From positions 1 to 54,624 of the forward strand of contig CAVFWT010000033.1 in the NCBI GenBank assembly GCA_963626305.1: a stretch of DNA of 54,624 nucleotides, written 5' to 3'. The translations under genes were made by a program, and so were the position numbers. Shown piece after piece: positions 28,613 to 38,733 of this stretch. The DNA is from a bacterium (lineage in GTDB: Bacteria; Bacillota; Clostridia; Peptostreptococcales; Anaerovoracaceae). The first letter of the stretch is position 1. Every line of letters starts with the position of its first letter. The notes below the pieces were generated by a model, which had not been told where the DNA came from, did not search any database, and saw only the letters and a program-made list of their open reading frames with translations.

Positions 28613-30226
28613 ATGACACGTTTTATTCGCAATCGAATGAGCTTTGTAATCGGGCTCTCGATTCTCATGATCGCTTCGATGCCGGTTCTCTGCTTCGCTG
28701 CAGAGGAGAAGAAGGCAGCTCTTTATGCAACACCTTGGTCGGTTCTTCCACCGGTTATTGCTATCTTGCTCGCACTGGTTACTAAGGAAGTATACAGCTC
28801 GCTGTTCATTGGCGTACTCAGCGGAGCAGTGCTTTACGCAGGCGCAGATTTCTCCGGTATTATGGATCATTTGGTTAATGATGGCCTGATTGCTGCTCTG
28901 GCAGATGCTGGCAACATGGGTATCGTAATCTTCCTCGTTATCTTAGGAATGTTCGTTGCAATGATGAACATGAGCGGAGGCTCTTCTGCTTTCGGTGATT
29001 GGGCAGCAACCAAAGTCAAGAGTAGACAGCACGCACAGTTCACCACGATTATTCTTGGAATCCTGATTTTCGTGGATGACTACTTCAACTGCCTGACCGT
29101 AGGTAGTGTAATGAAGCCACTTTCCGACAAATATAACATTTCTCGTGCGAAGCTGGCTTATCTGATTGATGCAACTGCCGCTCCGGTCTGCGTGCTCGCT
29201 CCGATTTCGTCCTGGGCAGCTGCCGTATCTGGCTTTGTGGAAGGTCAGAATGGACTAACAATCTTTATCCGTGCAATCCCGTATAACTTCTACGCAATTT
29301 TCACTATCGTAATGATGTTTGCGCTGGTTGCCATGAATTTTGATTTTGGCAAGATGGCAATTTATGAAAAGAATGCTATTGAAAATGGCGACTTACTCAC
29401 AATTCATGAAAATCTGGCGTCTCAGGATGAAGTAATTGCTGAGAATGAAAATGGCCGTGTAGCCGACTTGGTTATTCCAGTAATTGTCCTGATTGTATGC
29501 TGCCTCATCGGTATGATTTATACAGGTGGATTCTTCAGCGGAGAATCGTTCATCAACGCCTTTGCAAACTGCAGTGCAGCACTCAGCTTGTCTATGGGCA
29601 GCTTGGTTGCTCTGGTAATTACCATTGCATATTATACGGTTCGTCGTGTTCTTAAGTTCAGCGACTGCATGAATTGCATTCCAGAAGGTTTCAAGCAGAT
29701 GGTTTCGCCAATCCTGGTTCTGACCCTCGCTTGGTCGCTGAAGAACATGACCGATAGCCTTGGTCTGGCTGAATTTGTATCCCATATGGTTAGCTTGATG
29801 CCAGAAAGCTGGCTCGTAGTAATTCCGGCAGTGCTTTTCGTCGTATCTTGTGCACTGGGATTCTCCTCTGGCACATCTTGGGGAACTTTCGGAATCCTGA
29901 TTCCAATTGCATTGGCAATCACATCCTCTCACCCGGATATGATGATTTCTGTTATGGCTGCTTGCATGGCTGGCGGCGTATGCGGAGACCACTGCTCGCC
30001 GATTTCCGATACGACCATCATGGCATCGGCTGGTGCCGGCTGCAACCATATCAGCCACGTTGAAACACAGCTGCCATACGCAATTGTCGTACTGTCCGTA
30101 TCTACTGTTTCATACCTGGTAGTTGGATTCACCAAGTCCTGCATCCCAGGTCTGATTGTTGGATTCGTACTTCTAATTGGATTCCTCAAAATTATGAAGA
30201 ATCGTCAGATTGCAAAGAATAATTAA
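28613..30226 (+). CDS. NhaC-family transporter, probable lysine importer (LysW-like)
   Basis: IFVDDYFN, KLAYLIDATAAP, GTSWGTFGI and GDHCSPISDTT motifs; lies downstream of a lysine riboswitch. Confidence 0.88.
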   Translation: MTRFIRNRMSFVIGLSILMIASMPVLCFAAEEKKAALYATPWSVLPPVIAILLALVTKEVYSSLFIGVLSGAVLYAGADFSGIMDHLVNDGLIAALADAGNMGIVIFLVILGMFVAMMNMSGGSSAFGDWAATKVKSRQHAQFTTIILGILIFVDDYFNCLTVGSVMKPLSDKYNISRAKLAYLIDATAAPVCVLAPISSWAAAVSGFVEGQNGLTIFIRAIPYNFYAIFTIVMMFALVAMNFDFGKMAIYEKNAIENGDLLTIHENLASQDEVIAENENGRVADLVIPVIVLIVCCLIGMIYTGGFFSGESFINAFANCSAALSLSMGSLVALVITIAYYTVRRVLKFSDCMNCIPEGFKQMVSPILVLTLAWSLKNMTDSLGLAEFVSHMVSLMPESWLVVIPAVLFVVSCALGFSSGTSWGTFGILIPIALAITSSHPDMMISVMAACMAGGVCGDHCSPISDTTIMASAGAGCNHISHVETQLPYAIVVLSVSTVSYLVVGFTKSCIPGLIVGFVLLIGFLKIMKNRQIAKNN

Positions 30227-30300
30227 TTTTGCTTTCGATTTCAATCGATGAGATCTGAATACATCTTTTGAGATTTAGCGTAGCATCGATATGTAACTAC

Positions 30301-30341
30301 AGCGACGAATCAAGCCGTAAGTCTTGATTCGTCGCTTTTTT
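30301..30341 (+). terminator. Intrinsic terminator
   Basis: agcgacgaatcaag...cttgattcgtcgct followed by a T tract. Confidence 0.85.
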
Positions 30342-30363
30342 AATTGCATGGAAATATCTTCAT

Positions 30364-30414
30364 TTGACAATGGAAAGACACTTTCTTACAATCATTCTAT
30401 GGAACAAATGTTTG
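30364..30414 (+). promoter_or_regulatory. sigma-A promoter with downstream LexA (SOS)-box-like site
   Basis: TTGACA (30364)-17 bp-TACAAT (30387). GAACAAATGTTT at 30402-30413 versus Firmicute consensus GAAC-N4-GTTC. Confidence 0.6.
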
Positions 30415-30471
30415 CTGAGATGGATTGCTTCATATGAAATGTGAATGTCATCTACCATGGGAGGTATGACC

Positions 30472-31197
30472 ATGAATTCGAAAGATAAATATACCACAGA
30501 AGAAATTCTGACGTTGATTCGAAATCACGATGGAAAGAGTGAACTTGACTTGAGTAAGCAAGACATCGTTGATGTAGATATTTCGGGCTGGGAACTCCCG
30601 GAAAACATCAACTTCGACGGAGCTGTTTTTACCAATGTAGATATGGCTGGGACGACATTCCGGAAGTGTAACTTTAACCATTCGTGGTTCAAGGAATGCA
30701 AGACAAAGGGAATTCGGTTTCTGTATTGCGATGTGCAGGAAGCCAATTTCCGGTGGATGGATTTTACCGGAGCAGATTTCTCCGGGTCTAATTTTCATCA
30801 TACGTTGTTCGAGTATGCAATGACGGAAGATATCACCGACAACGAAGATACGAAATTTTACCGGATGGCCTGCCCGGAGACGGGACCGTTCATCGCCTGG
30901 AAATGCTGCACGGAGCTTCGTGTCGTACAGCTTCTGGTGCCAGCGGATGCACGGCGTGTGTCGGCAACAGCAGAGACTTGCCGTTGCGACCGTGCGAAAG
31001 TCTTATCCATTAAGAGCATCGATGAGACGATATCCTACACATGGGCGCAGTCGACGGTCGATCCCGATTTCTATTACGAAGTGGGGAAATGGGTGGAGCC
31101 AGCGAATGGATTTGAGCCGAATCGTTGGCGCGATTCGTCCCAGGGAATTCACTTCTTCATGGAACGTCAGCAAGCGGTGGATTATCAATCAAAGTAA
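30472..31197 (+). CDS. Pentapeptide-repeat protein with C-terminal DUF5758-like domain
   Basis: A(N/D)FxG-type pentapeptide repeats; C-terminal GPFIAWK...VPADARR.SAT...CRCDRAKV...RW....GIHFF. ATG 30472 follows GGAGG. Confidence 0.82.
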   Translation: MNSKDKYTTEEILTLIRNHDGKSELDLSKQDIVDVDISGWELPENINFDGAVFTNVDMAGTTFRKCNFNHSWFKECKTKGIRFLYCDVQEANFRWMDFTGADFSGSNFHHTLFEYAMTEDITDNEDTKFYRMACPETGPFIAWKCCTELRVVQLLVPADARRVSATAETCRCDRAKVLSIKSIDETISYTWAQSTVDPDFYYEVGKWVEPANGFEPNRWRDSSQGIHFFMERQQAVDYQSK

Positions 31198-31206
31198 GGA
31201 GCGAGA

Positions 31207-31980
31207 ATGAAATTCGAAGATTATAAAGACGATATTATATATGGATTTAGCACGAGAAACGGTGGGGTCAGCACGGGTGTATATGAGTCGATGAACCTCA
31301 GTTTGACGCTTCCGGATGATCCGAAGAAGGTGAGAAGAAACTATGAGCTCTGGAGTGAAAGCCTCGGCGTCGATGTGCACCGCATCGTGATTGGACAGCA
31401 GACACATACGAACAATGTTGTTCGGGTGGATGAGCACAACTGCGGGGAAGGCGTGTTCAAAGACCGGATGCCGGATGTGGATGGACTTGTTACGAATGTA
31501 CCCGGCGTGGCATTGGTGACACATCATGCGGATTGTACTCCGGTATATTTGTATGATCCGAAGCATCACGCTATCGGAATGGTGCATGCGGGGTGGCGTG
31601 GAACGGTGCAAGAAATTGCACGCGTTGCCGTTGAGAAGATGACGGCAGAATTCGGTTCGAACCCAGCCGATATGGTCGCGATGATTGGACCATGCATTTC
31701 GAAAGAACACTTCGAATGCGACCGCGACGTAGTGGATGCAATTGAGGCAATGAGCGTCGACGCGATGGAATTCGTGGATTATGACGAAGACGCGAAGAAA
31801 TATCACGTGTCTATTGCGGATGTGAACCGTCGCGTATTAGAGGTCACCGGTATTCCGGCAGACCACATCGATATGCAGAATCGGTGTACCTACGGCAATC
31901 CTGAACTTTATTTTTCCCACCGAAGAGACGGATTGAATCGTGGCGGACACTCTGCACTACTGATGCTTCGCGAGAAATAA
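31207..31980 (+). CDS. pgeF: PgeF/YfiH/YlmD laccase-domain protein
   Basis: FSTRNGGVS, QTH, DGLVT, HADCTP, HAGWRG, IGPCI and YFSHRR motifs. Confidence 0.92.
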   Translation: MKFEDYKDDIIYGFSTRNGGVSTGVYESMNLSLTLPDDPKKVRRNYELWSESLGVDVHRIVIGQQTHTNNVVRVDEHNCGEGVFKDRMPDVDGLVTNVPGVALVTHHADCTPVYLYDPKHHAIGMVHAGWRGTVQEIARVAVEKMTAEFGSNPADMVAMIGPCISKEHFECDRDVVDAIEAMSVDAMEFVDYDEDAKKYHVSIADVNRRVLEVTGIPADHIDMQNRCTYGNPELYFSHRRDGLNRGGHSALLMLREK

Positions 31981-32183
31981 GTCGGAAGAATAAGCTTGGA
32001 TATGCAAATGTGGATGATCGAGTGTTGAGGTCAAGACCGATGATGGTCTTCAATGTTTCGAGAACACTGGGCTCGAGCGATACTTCGAGAAAGACTAGTT
32101 TGTTATAGATAAAAGGTATTGCGAATTTACTTTAAATAGTTTATCCTTATGAAAGTGTTTGAAATGAAAAGAGGGGTTATACG

Positions 32184-32855
32184 ATGAAAGTTACATGGAT
32201 AGGACATTCCTGCTTTAAGCTAGAAGAGAAGGGATATACAATTGTAATCGATCCGTATGAAGCGGATTCGATTCCCGGCCTGACACCAGTGCACGAGAAA
32301 GCTAATGAAGTGCTGAAGAGCCACGATCACTACGATCATAACGCATTGGATTCGGTTGAAATCATCGAAGGCGGAGAGTCGCCGTTCAAGATTTCGACGA
32401 TTGAAACATATCACGATGACAGCCATGGTGCTGAGAGAGGCAAGACACTGATTCATATCTTCGAGACGGAAGACCGCAAGGTTGCACATCTCGGAGATCT
32501 CGGCTGTGAACTTACCGATGATCAGATGGCACAGCTAGCAGATATTGATTTGATTATGATTCCGGTGGGCGGTATCTATACGTTGGATGCGGCACAGGCA
32601 GCACAGCTTACTGTAGATCTGAATGCAAGATGGACGATTCCGATGCATTACAGAAGCCAGGAGAGCGAATTCGGTCTGCCGGAGCTGGGTACAGTATATG
32701 ATTATTCTCTGAGACTGCACGATGTATGGGTTAATTCCATCCATACGCTGGATCTCAATGACAACTATGCTGCTCGCGTCGTTGTTCTTCAACCGCAGAA
32801 CATGAAGAAGAAGTTCATGAGCATTGGTGATTTTGAGAAATTAAGCAATCGCTAA
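32184..32855 (+). CDS. MBL-fold metallo-hydrolase
   Basis: WIGHSCF, IDPY, SHDHYDH, HLGDLG and IPMHY motifs. Confidence 0.9.
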   Translation: MKVTWIGHSCFKLEEKGYTIVIDPYEADSIPGLTPVHEKANEVLKSHDHYDHNALDSVEIIEGGESPFKISTIETYHDDSHGAERGKTLIHIFETEDRKVAHLGDLGCELTDDQMAQLADIDLIMIPVGGIYTLDAAQAAQLTVDLNARWTIPMHYRSQESEFGLPELGTVYDYSLRLHDVWVNSIHTLDLNDNYAARVVVLQPQNMKKKFMSIGDFEKLSNR

Positions 32856-32904
32856 TGGGATGGGAATGAAGGCATTTCCACAAAATATTTTTATCAATTA
32901 TTCG

Positions 32905-32943
32905 AAAGGTGATGGAAACGTTTGTGTATTCATCACCTTTTTT
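32905..32943 (+). terminator. Probable intrinsic terminator
   Basis: aaaggtgatg...catcaccttt followed by ttt. Confidence 0.65.
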
Positions 32944-33014
32944 CATTGGATTGACAACAAATTGTGCTTGTGCGGTGATATAATACACTTAACCGAATAA
33001 AGGAGGTAACAGCA

Positions 33015-33548
33015 ATGAAAGTTATGATTACCGCAAAGAATTACAAACCGAGCGAACGACTTCAGGAGAACATCGAGAAGAAGTTCTCGAAGCTCGAGAA
33101 GTACTTCCAAGATGACGTTACCGCGAATGTGATTGTCTCCAAATTCAAAGACAAGACGAAACTGGAGGCCACCATCAACGCTAAGCAGACGATTTTCCGT
33201 GCAGAGGAAATCTCGGACAATGTCTACGAAGCAATGGATGTCATCATTGATCGGTTATCTCAGCAGATGAAGAAATTCAAGGGGAAGCTCGAAGCTCGCT
33301 ACAAGGAGAACAAGGCACTCAAATTCGAATTCATTCCCGATATTGAGGATGACGAGGAAGAAGAGCCAATCACCGTGGTTAAAAGAAAGCAATTTGAACT
33401 TCAGCCAATGAATTACGAGGAAGCAATCCTTCAAATGGAAATGCTCGGTCACGACTTCTTCATCTACTTCGATATGGACACCGAATCCACGAATGTGGTG
33501 TACAAACGCAAGGGCGATGCGTACGGCTTGATTGAGACGTACAGATAA
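33015..33548 (+). CDS. hpf: Ribosome hibernation promoting factor (long HPF/RaiA)
   Basis: EKKFSKLEKYF, IFRAEE and YEAMD motifs; C-terminal PM..EEAILQMEMLGHDFF...VVYKRK...YGLIE. AAGGAGG RBS. Confidence 0.95.
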   Translation: MKVMITAKNYKPSERLQENIEKKFSKLEKYFQDDVTANVIVSKFKDKTKLEATINAKQTIFRAEEISDNVYEAMDVIIDRLSQQMKKFKGKLEARYKENKALKFEFIPDIEDDEEEEPITVVKRKQFELQPMNYEEAILQMEMLGHDFFIYFDMDTESTNVVYKRKGDAYGLIETYR

Positions 33549-33592
33549 TTACAGATAATTATCGTCATATGACACGTTAATAGGAATAATAT

Positions 33593-33628
33593 GAAGGCGG
33601 CAGAGCGTAGGCTCCGCCGCCTTTTCTT
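33593..33628 (+). terminator. Intrinsic terminator of hpf
   Basis: aaggcggc.gagc-gtag-gctc.gccgcctt followed by ttctt. Confidence 0.75.
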
Positions 33629-33655
33629 GACAGTATTATACCCCTACGGTAATAT
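33627..33655 (+). promoter_or_regulatory. sigma-A promoter predicting a leaderless mRNA
   Basis: TTGACA-17 bp-TAATAT; the ATG at 33662 begins 7 nt after the last base of the -10; no SD sequence. Confidence 0.6.
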
Positions 33656-33661
33656 ATTGGC

Positions 33662-35203
33662 ATGAGTAGAACAACTCCGAGGAGACAAAGCGGTTCCACG
33701 CGTTCGAGACGAGATTCGCAAGGAACTGGCCGGAGATCGGGAGCGAGTTCACGGACAACGCGTAGCGCTTCTCGAAGCACGCGAGGAAGGCGGACTGGCA
33801 GTGATACTCCGGTAAAAAGCAGAGCTTATACCACCTCCGAGAGTCGAATACTGGATTTCTTAGCGGCGATTCCGGCGTTCATCGTCATCGTTATTACCTT
33901 GCGAGAAATCTTTCTGGCGGTGACCGATTCCGCCATGAAGTCGGAACAGTATACGACATTCCCGGAGCTTTTTGAGTTCGGAAATTTTGTCATTATTCTC
34001 GTGGGGATTCTCTACGTTGTACTTTCGAACATGGTGCCCACCAAGAAAAAACCGCTATTGCAGAGGAATCCGGAATTTCTATTCTTCGGATGTTTCTTAA
34101 TCTTGATGGCGCTGTCTACATTGATTAACGGAATCGATGATAAGGCAATCCATGGATTGCCCTATCGTAACCAAGGCATCTTCCACTTTGCGTTCTATAT
34201 CTTAATCTATTATTTCGTCTCCTCGAAAATCAAAATTCAGCAGTTACGAAAGATGATGCTTCTATCTTTTCTGTTCACAGCAGATGCATTAGCGATTACC
34301 GCAATCGGACATCAATTCTTTATCAATATTGCAGCCTACTCAGGGAAGAAGGGCTTGAGTGCGATTTTTTTTAACAGCAACCACTACGGATATTTCCTTG
34401 CGATGGCATTGATGGTAGGGATTACCGCGTACATTGTCGGTGAACGAGTATGGGTGCGCGATTTCGGTTTTTTGTCAGGAATGCTGAACATGTTCGTGCT
34501 ATTTTTGAATAACACATTCGGCGCGATTCTAGGAGCTTTTGCCAGTCTGATCCTCGTCCTGGTGCTGGCGCTGATTAAATTGCCGAAATCCAGGTGGCGT
34601 GCCGTGTCGGTCGCATCGCTTATCGTCGCGTTGCCGCTGGCAGGGGGAATTCTCCTGAATGCGCAATTCGACAACTTTGTGGTGTTGATTCACGACATCG
34701 GCAAGATTCTCAGCGGTAGCTCGAGTGCGGCTTCGGCAGGAACTAATCGCTGGGGACAATGGGTCAAAGCCGTGCAATATATCCAGGAGAAACCACTTCT
34801 TGGTTATGGATGCGAGGGCGCATCAAAGCGGATGATGTCGGAAATCAATATTTCGAATCCGCACAACGAGTTGCTGACGTATGCGCTGTTCTTCGGCGTT
34901 CCGGCAGCAGTGTGTTACACCATCGGCATTTTGATGATTTTCTTGCGCCATCTTGTGGGCAAAGCCTGGAAAGATCCCTATGCGTTGATGGCGTTCTCGG
35001 CTGCATTCGCCTATTTCATTTCGTCACTCTTCGGGGTAGCCATGTTCTACACAACGCCGTTCTTCTTCATCATGCTGGGCTACAGTAGCAACCCAGGTAA
35101 AACGAGCCGTTCGAGAAAGCAGCGTGGAACGTCGTCGAGAAGGTCTTCGAGAACGCGAAGTCGTTCATCGGACCGGACAAGCCGTTCGACTTACCGAAGA
35201 TAA
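33662..35203 (+). CDS. O-antigen ligase/Wzy_C family membrane protein
   Basis: Multiple TMs; F.NSNHYGYF, SAGTNRW..W, KPLLGYG and NPHNELL motifs; Arg/Ser-rich termini. Confidence 0.85.
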   Translation: MSRTTPRRQSGSTRSRRDSQGTGRRSGASSRTTRSASRSTRGRRTGSDTPVKSRAYTTSESRILDFLAAIPAFIVIVITLREIFLAVTDSAMKSEQYTTFPELFEFGNFVIILVGILYVVLSNMVPTKKKPLLQRNPEFLFFGCFLILMALSTLINGIDDKAIHGLPYRNQGIFHFAFYILIYYFVSSKIKIQQLRKMMLLSFLFTADALAITAIGHQFFINIAAYSGKKGLSAIFFNSNHYGYFLAMALMVGITAYIVGERVWVRDFGFLSGMLNMFVLFLNNTFGAILGAFASLILVLVLALIKLPKSRWRAVSVASLIVALPLAGGILLNAQFDNFVVLIHDIGKILSGSSSAASAGTNRWGQWVKAVQYIQEKPLLGYGCEGASKRMMSEINISNPHNELLTYALFFGVPAAVCYTIGILMIFLRHLVGKAWKDPYALMAFSAAFAYFISSLFGVAMFYTTPFFFIMLGYSSNPGKTSRSRKQRGTSSRRSSRTRSRSSDRTSRSTYRR

Positions 35204-35276
35204 GAAGAGAAGCTGGAAACCGTAGGCACATTCGAAAACACATCGGAAATGCACTCAGCATATAATGTGAGAAATC

Positions 35277-35311
35277 AAAAGCGTCCCATCCTTGCGGATG
35301 GGACGCTTTTT
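35277..35311. terminator. Bidirectional intrinsic terminator
   Basis: Perfect 15-bp stem aaaagcgtcccatcc-ttgc-ggatgggacgctttt. Confidence 0.88.
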
Positions 35312-35352
35312 CGTCATATTTCGTAATTGCATTTCGCTATTCTGTTTCGCAA

Positions 35353-36654
35353 TTATTTCCGAATGATTACTTTCGTTCCAACAGAAATCATGTTGTAGAG
35401 CTGTCTCGCCTTTGACGGCGGCATGTTCACGCAACCATGCGATCCAGAATATTTGTAGATGGAACCGCCGAAGGATGAACGCCAAGATGCATCATGCATT
35501 CCGTACGCTTGACCGATGAACGGGAGCCAATATGAAACGCGGGTGACATAATCGGATCCGGTTAGATTAACGTTTCTCGACTTGCGGTTCAAAGTGAACT
35601 TTCCGGTCGGTGTTCTTGTTCCCGGTCCACCGGTCACGACCGGACTGCTCAGCTTCACTTTACCATTGACATAATATTTCAGACGCTGACTGCTGATATC
35701 GATTAGTACGTACTTCTTGTAATTGTATGGACCGTATTGGTGGCGCGCCTTATAAATCTGTGAACAGGAAATTGCGCCGGTCTTGGAATTTGGCTTAATG
35801 GTGATATTCCGATATTTGAACGAACTACGTCTTGCTGCCGCATTTTTCTGGAACGAGTAATAATACTTACCCGATTTCATCAGCTTGCTGGTGACGAGTT
35901 TGCCGCCTTTCTTCGAATAGTAAGTGTTGCCGTTCCAGCGGAAACGACCTTTCTTTGTGCGAAGTATACCGTTCGAACTGGAGTAGTAGTAATATTTGCC
36001 CCACTTATAGACGCCGGTCTTAATCACACCGTTGCTTGCGGCACGATATTTCTTCTTGGATATTTTAAAAGTACATCCGGTTCGAATGACGCCGCCTTTC
36101 TGCACGTAGTAGCGTTTCCCTTTTGAGGTGACAAATCCCTTCGACGTGCGAATGACGCCTTTGCTATCCGCATAGTAATATCTCTTGCTGACTTTAACGA
36201 TGCCGTATTGCAAATAACCGCTTCCACTAAAGTAGTACTTCTTACCGCTGATGGTCTTCATGCCGGTAACAAAGTGGTCAGCCTTATCATAATAATAAGT
36301 GTGACCGTTCTCTGTGACCCAGCCGAGTTTTGGCTGTGGTGTAGGTTCAGGCTCTGGTTCTGGTTCGGGTTCCGGTTCTGTGGTTTCGGTGTTTCCGGTT
36401 CCGTCGTTTTGTGCTGAATCGCTTTCAGAGGATGGAGATACATCTGTAGCAACTGTAGAATTCGTATTCGATTTTCCATCGGAGCTCGTATCCGAGTTCG
36501 ACTCGGCTGCAAGAGCAGGCTGGCTGCTCTCAGTAGAAACGTTAGCGGTCGTTTCATCACTGGCGAAAACCACACTCACAGATACAGTAAGTGTAGCGAT
36601 GAGTGTCAGCGAGACGAGAATGCTACGCCACCGAGTAAATTTCCTTTTGTCCAT
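35353..36654 (-). CDS. Secreted L,D-transpeptidase with Tyr/Lys-rich cell-wall-binding repeats
   Basis: Signal peptide (VFA|SD), Ser/Thr linker, (EP)n tract, YYY-rich repeats, YGMHDASWR...SHGCVN YkuD motif. Confidence 0.9.
   Translation of the reverse strand: MDKRKFTRWRSILVSLTLIATLTVSVSVVFASDETTANVSTESSQPALAAESNSDTSSDGKSNTNSTVATDVSPSSESDSAQNDGTGNTETTEPEPEPEPEPEPTPQPKLGWVTENGHTYYYDKADHFVTGMKTISGKKYYFSGSGYLQYGIVKVSKRYYYADSKGVIRTSKGFVTSKGKRYYVQKGGVIRTGCTFKISKKKYRAASNGVIKTGVYKWGKYYYYSSSNGILRTKKGRFRWNGNTYYSKKGGKLVTSKLMKSGKYYYSFQKNAAARRSSFKYRNITIKPNSKTGAISCSQIYKARHQYGPYNYKKYVLIDISSQRLKYYVNGKVKLSSPVVTGGPGTRTPTGKFTLNRKSRNVNLTGSDYVTRVSYWLPFIGQAYGMHDASWRSSFGGSIYKYSGSHGCVNMPPSKARQLYNMISVGTKVIIRK
36332..36378 (-). 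repeat. (Glu-Pro)n linker repeat
   Basis: Degenerate 6-bp unit encoding TEPEPEPEPEPEPTPQP. Confidence 0.8.
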
Positions 36655-36795
36655 AATATATATTTCCTTTTCTCTTCGTAAGAGTAACGTATTGTTCTTT
36701 CAGAAAATAGTATACTCCTTATTTTCCCGGAATGATATGAATCTTTTCCAATCCTCTGAGCCGTATCCAACAATCATCGGAGCACAACCGAGCAA

Positions 36796-38733
36796 TTAGA
36801 GTGTCCAGTAGTTCATGTCTACGCGTCCGCTGATTCCGCTTACCGTGCCCGAGCTGGTGTATTGCCAGCATTGGTATTTTCCTTTGTAGGTGACTTCCGT
36901 GTTGTATTGTGCCACCCATACTTTGTAGGCAGAGAGTTTTGTCATATCCAGGTTGTTGTTAAGCCAGCTAGTGCTCGCATAAATCATCGGTGTATAACCG
37001 TTTTTCTTGACTGTATCGCAGAACGCCTTAATAACAGCGGTTCGCTTCGCTTTGCTCAGTTTCTTCGAGGAAGCACGTCCAGAAATGTTTTCGGTGTCAA
37101 CGACGAGTGGGAGATTGATAGAGCAACCCGATTTCTCGATTTGCTGAATTGCAAATGTCGCTTCTTTCCTCGCTTCTGCTTCTGTCTTCGCCTGTGAGAA
37201 GTAGTATGCACCGACATCCAGTCCCACTGCGGTCGCATTTTGAATGTTTGTCTTGAAGGTTGAATCCGCGTTGCATTCACCCTTCTCTGTGCCGGAGTAT
37301 CCGCAGCGCAGGAATGCGAAGCTGATACCGCTTGCTTTTACTTTCGACCAATTAATATTGTTTCCTTGCCAATAGGAAACGTCGATGCCTTTCATATATT
37401 TTCGATCGGAAGAGGTGATATTCCCCGTGCTATCCGCCGTATATGTATATTTTCCGACTTTGAATGTGCCGGTCTTCGCTGCCGCATTGCTTCCTGCATA
37501 ATACATGTTTGCCCCGTAAAAGAAGAACCGATTCGTATATAGATTACCGGATGGACGAGAGTAATAGGTTTTGCCATTCCAGTGAATCAGACCGGCGGAT
37601 TTGCGAAGCCGTCCATTGCTGCTTGAATAGTTGTAATACTTTCCCCACTTGTAGACGCCTGTGTGAATCTGCCCGTTCTTTGCCGCGCGGTACGTGTATT
37701 TCCCAATTTTGAACGATTTGCTCGTATAGATTTTGCCACCTTTGCGGACATAGTATTTGTGCTTATTCCAAGTAACAAACCCCTTGTTCTTCTTGAGTTT
37801 TCCACTGCTTCCGGAGTAATAGTAATACTTTCCCCACTTATAGATGCCCGTGTGAATCTGTCCGGTTTTCGCCGCGCGGTATGTGTACTTGCCAATCTTG
37901 AAGGATTTACTCGTATAAATCTTACCACCTTTGCGGACATAATATTTGTGATTGTTCCAAGTAACAAATCCTTTGCTTGTCTTGAGGCGTCCACTGCTGT
38001 CTGAATAGTAATAATATTTTCCCCATTTGTAGACACCGACGTGAATCTGTCCGTTTGCTGCAGCACGATACGTCTTCTTCTTTACGACAAAACTCTTGCT
38101 AGTGGTAATCCGGCCGCCTTTCTGCAGGTAGTACAGCTTACCATTCCAGCGAAGAAATCCAGCGGTCGTGCGAATCTTACCGTTTGCATCTTGATAATAG
38201 TAGTATTTTCCCTTCTTGATAACACCCGCCTGAATTGTTGGTTCGTTGGCAACGACGCGGAATGTCATAATTGAAGTGCTGTTTTGCTTTAGCTCATATG
38301 TTCCCGTCTGACTCGTATCCAGCTGATAAAAAGAATCTTCATCAGCTACGAGTTCCGTGCCATCTTCACTACCGGAAGGACACTGGAGGAGAGGGGCGTC
38401 CGTGTCTGCACTAGAATTATCCGTGTCGGTCTCACTGTTTAATAGGGCAGAAGATGTTCCATTCGTAGTTCCACTGGTGGTATCAGAACTGTTCTCCGAT
38501 GTAGCGATATCCGGATTGCCGCTTTCACTGGTAGATGCGTTTTGTGTTATTTTGACATAGATGATGTCCCCTTGCGTAAAGTCTGGAACGTTGGTTTCGT
38601 CGTAAGTCACCAGCGATTCGGACTTGCTTTTATCGGAAGTGTACTGGACAATAATGTTGCTGCCTGCGAATGTGAAGGTGGCAGATGAAGCAAGTAATAT
38701 TGCGATTATGCATATTTTGGAAAGTTTTCTCAT
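36796..38733 (-). CDS. GH25 lysozyme/muramidase with cell-wall-binding repeats
   Basis: Signal peptide, repeat region, then KGIDVSYWQ, YYFSQA, VVDTE, WVAQY, WQYTSSG and VDMN motifs. Confidence 0.92.
   Translation of the reverse strand: MRKLSKICIIAILLASSATFTFAGSNIIVQYTSDKSKSESLVTYDETNVPDFTQGDIIYVKITQNASTSESGNPDIATSENSSDTTSGTTNGTSSALLNSETDTDNSSADTDAPLLQCPSGSEDGTELVADEDSFYQLDTSQTGTYELKQNSTSIMTFRVVANEPTIQAGVIKKGKYYYYQDANGKIRTTAGFLRWNGKLYYLQKGGRITTSKSFVVKKKTYRAAANGQIHVGVYKWGKYYYYSDSSGRLKTSKGFVTWNNHKYYVRKGGKIYTSKSFKIGKYTYRAAKTGQIHTGIYKWGKYYYYSGSSGKLKKNKGFVTWNKHKYYVRKGGKIYTSKSFKIGKYTYRAAKNGQIHTGVYKWGKYYNYSSSNGRLRKSAGLIHWNGKTYYSRPSGNLYTNRFFFYGANMYYAGSNAAAKTGTFKVGKYTYTADSTGNITSSDRKYMKGIDVSYWQGNNINWSKVKASGISFAFLRCGYSGTEKGECNADSTFKTNIQNATAVGLDVGAYYFSQAKTEAEARKEATFAIQQIEKSGCSINLPLVVDTENISGRASSKKLSKAKRTAVIKAFCDTVKKNGYTPMIYASTSWLNNNLDMTKLSAYKVWVAQYNTEVTYKGKYQCWQYTSSGTVSGISGRVDMNYWTL
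37540..38230 (-). repeat. 189-bp (63-aa) intragenic tandem repeat, about 3.5 copies
   Basis: Anchor gtgaatct recurs at 37663, 37852 and 38041 (period 189). Boundaries are approximate. Confidence 0.88.

Noticed and set aside
33540..33561. 10-bp tandem duplication (TACAGATAAT x2) across the hpf stop codon
   Set aside because: Consistent with simple slippage; no element lies between the copies, so there is no evidence of a target-site duplication.
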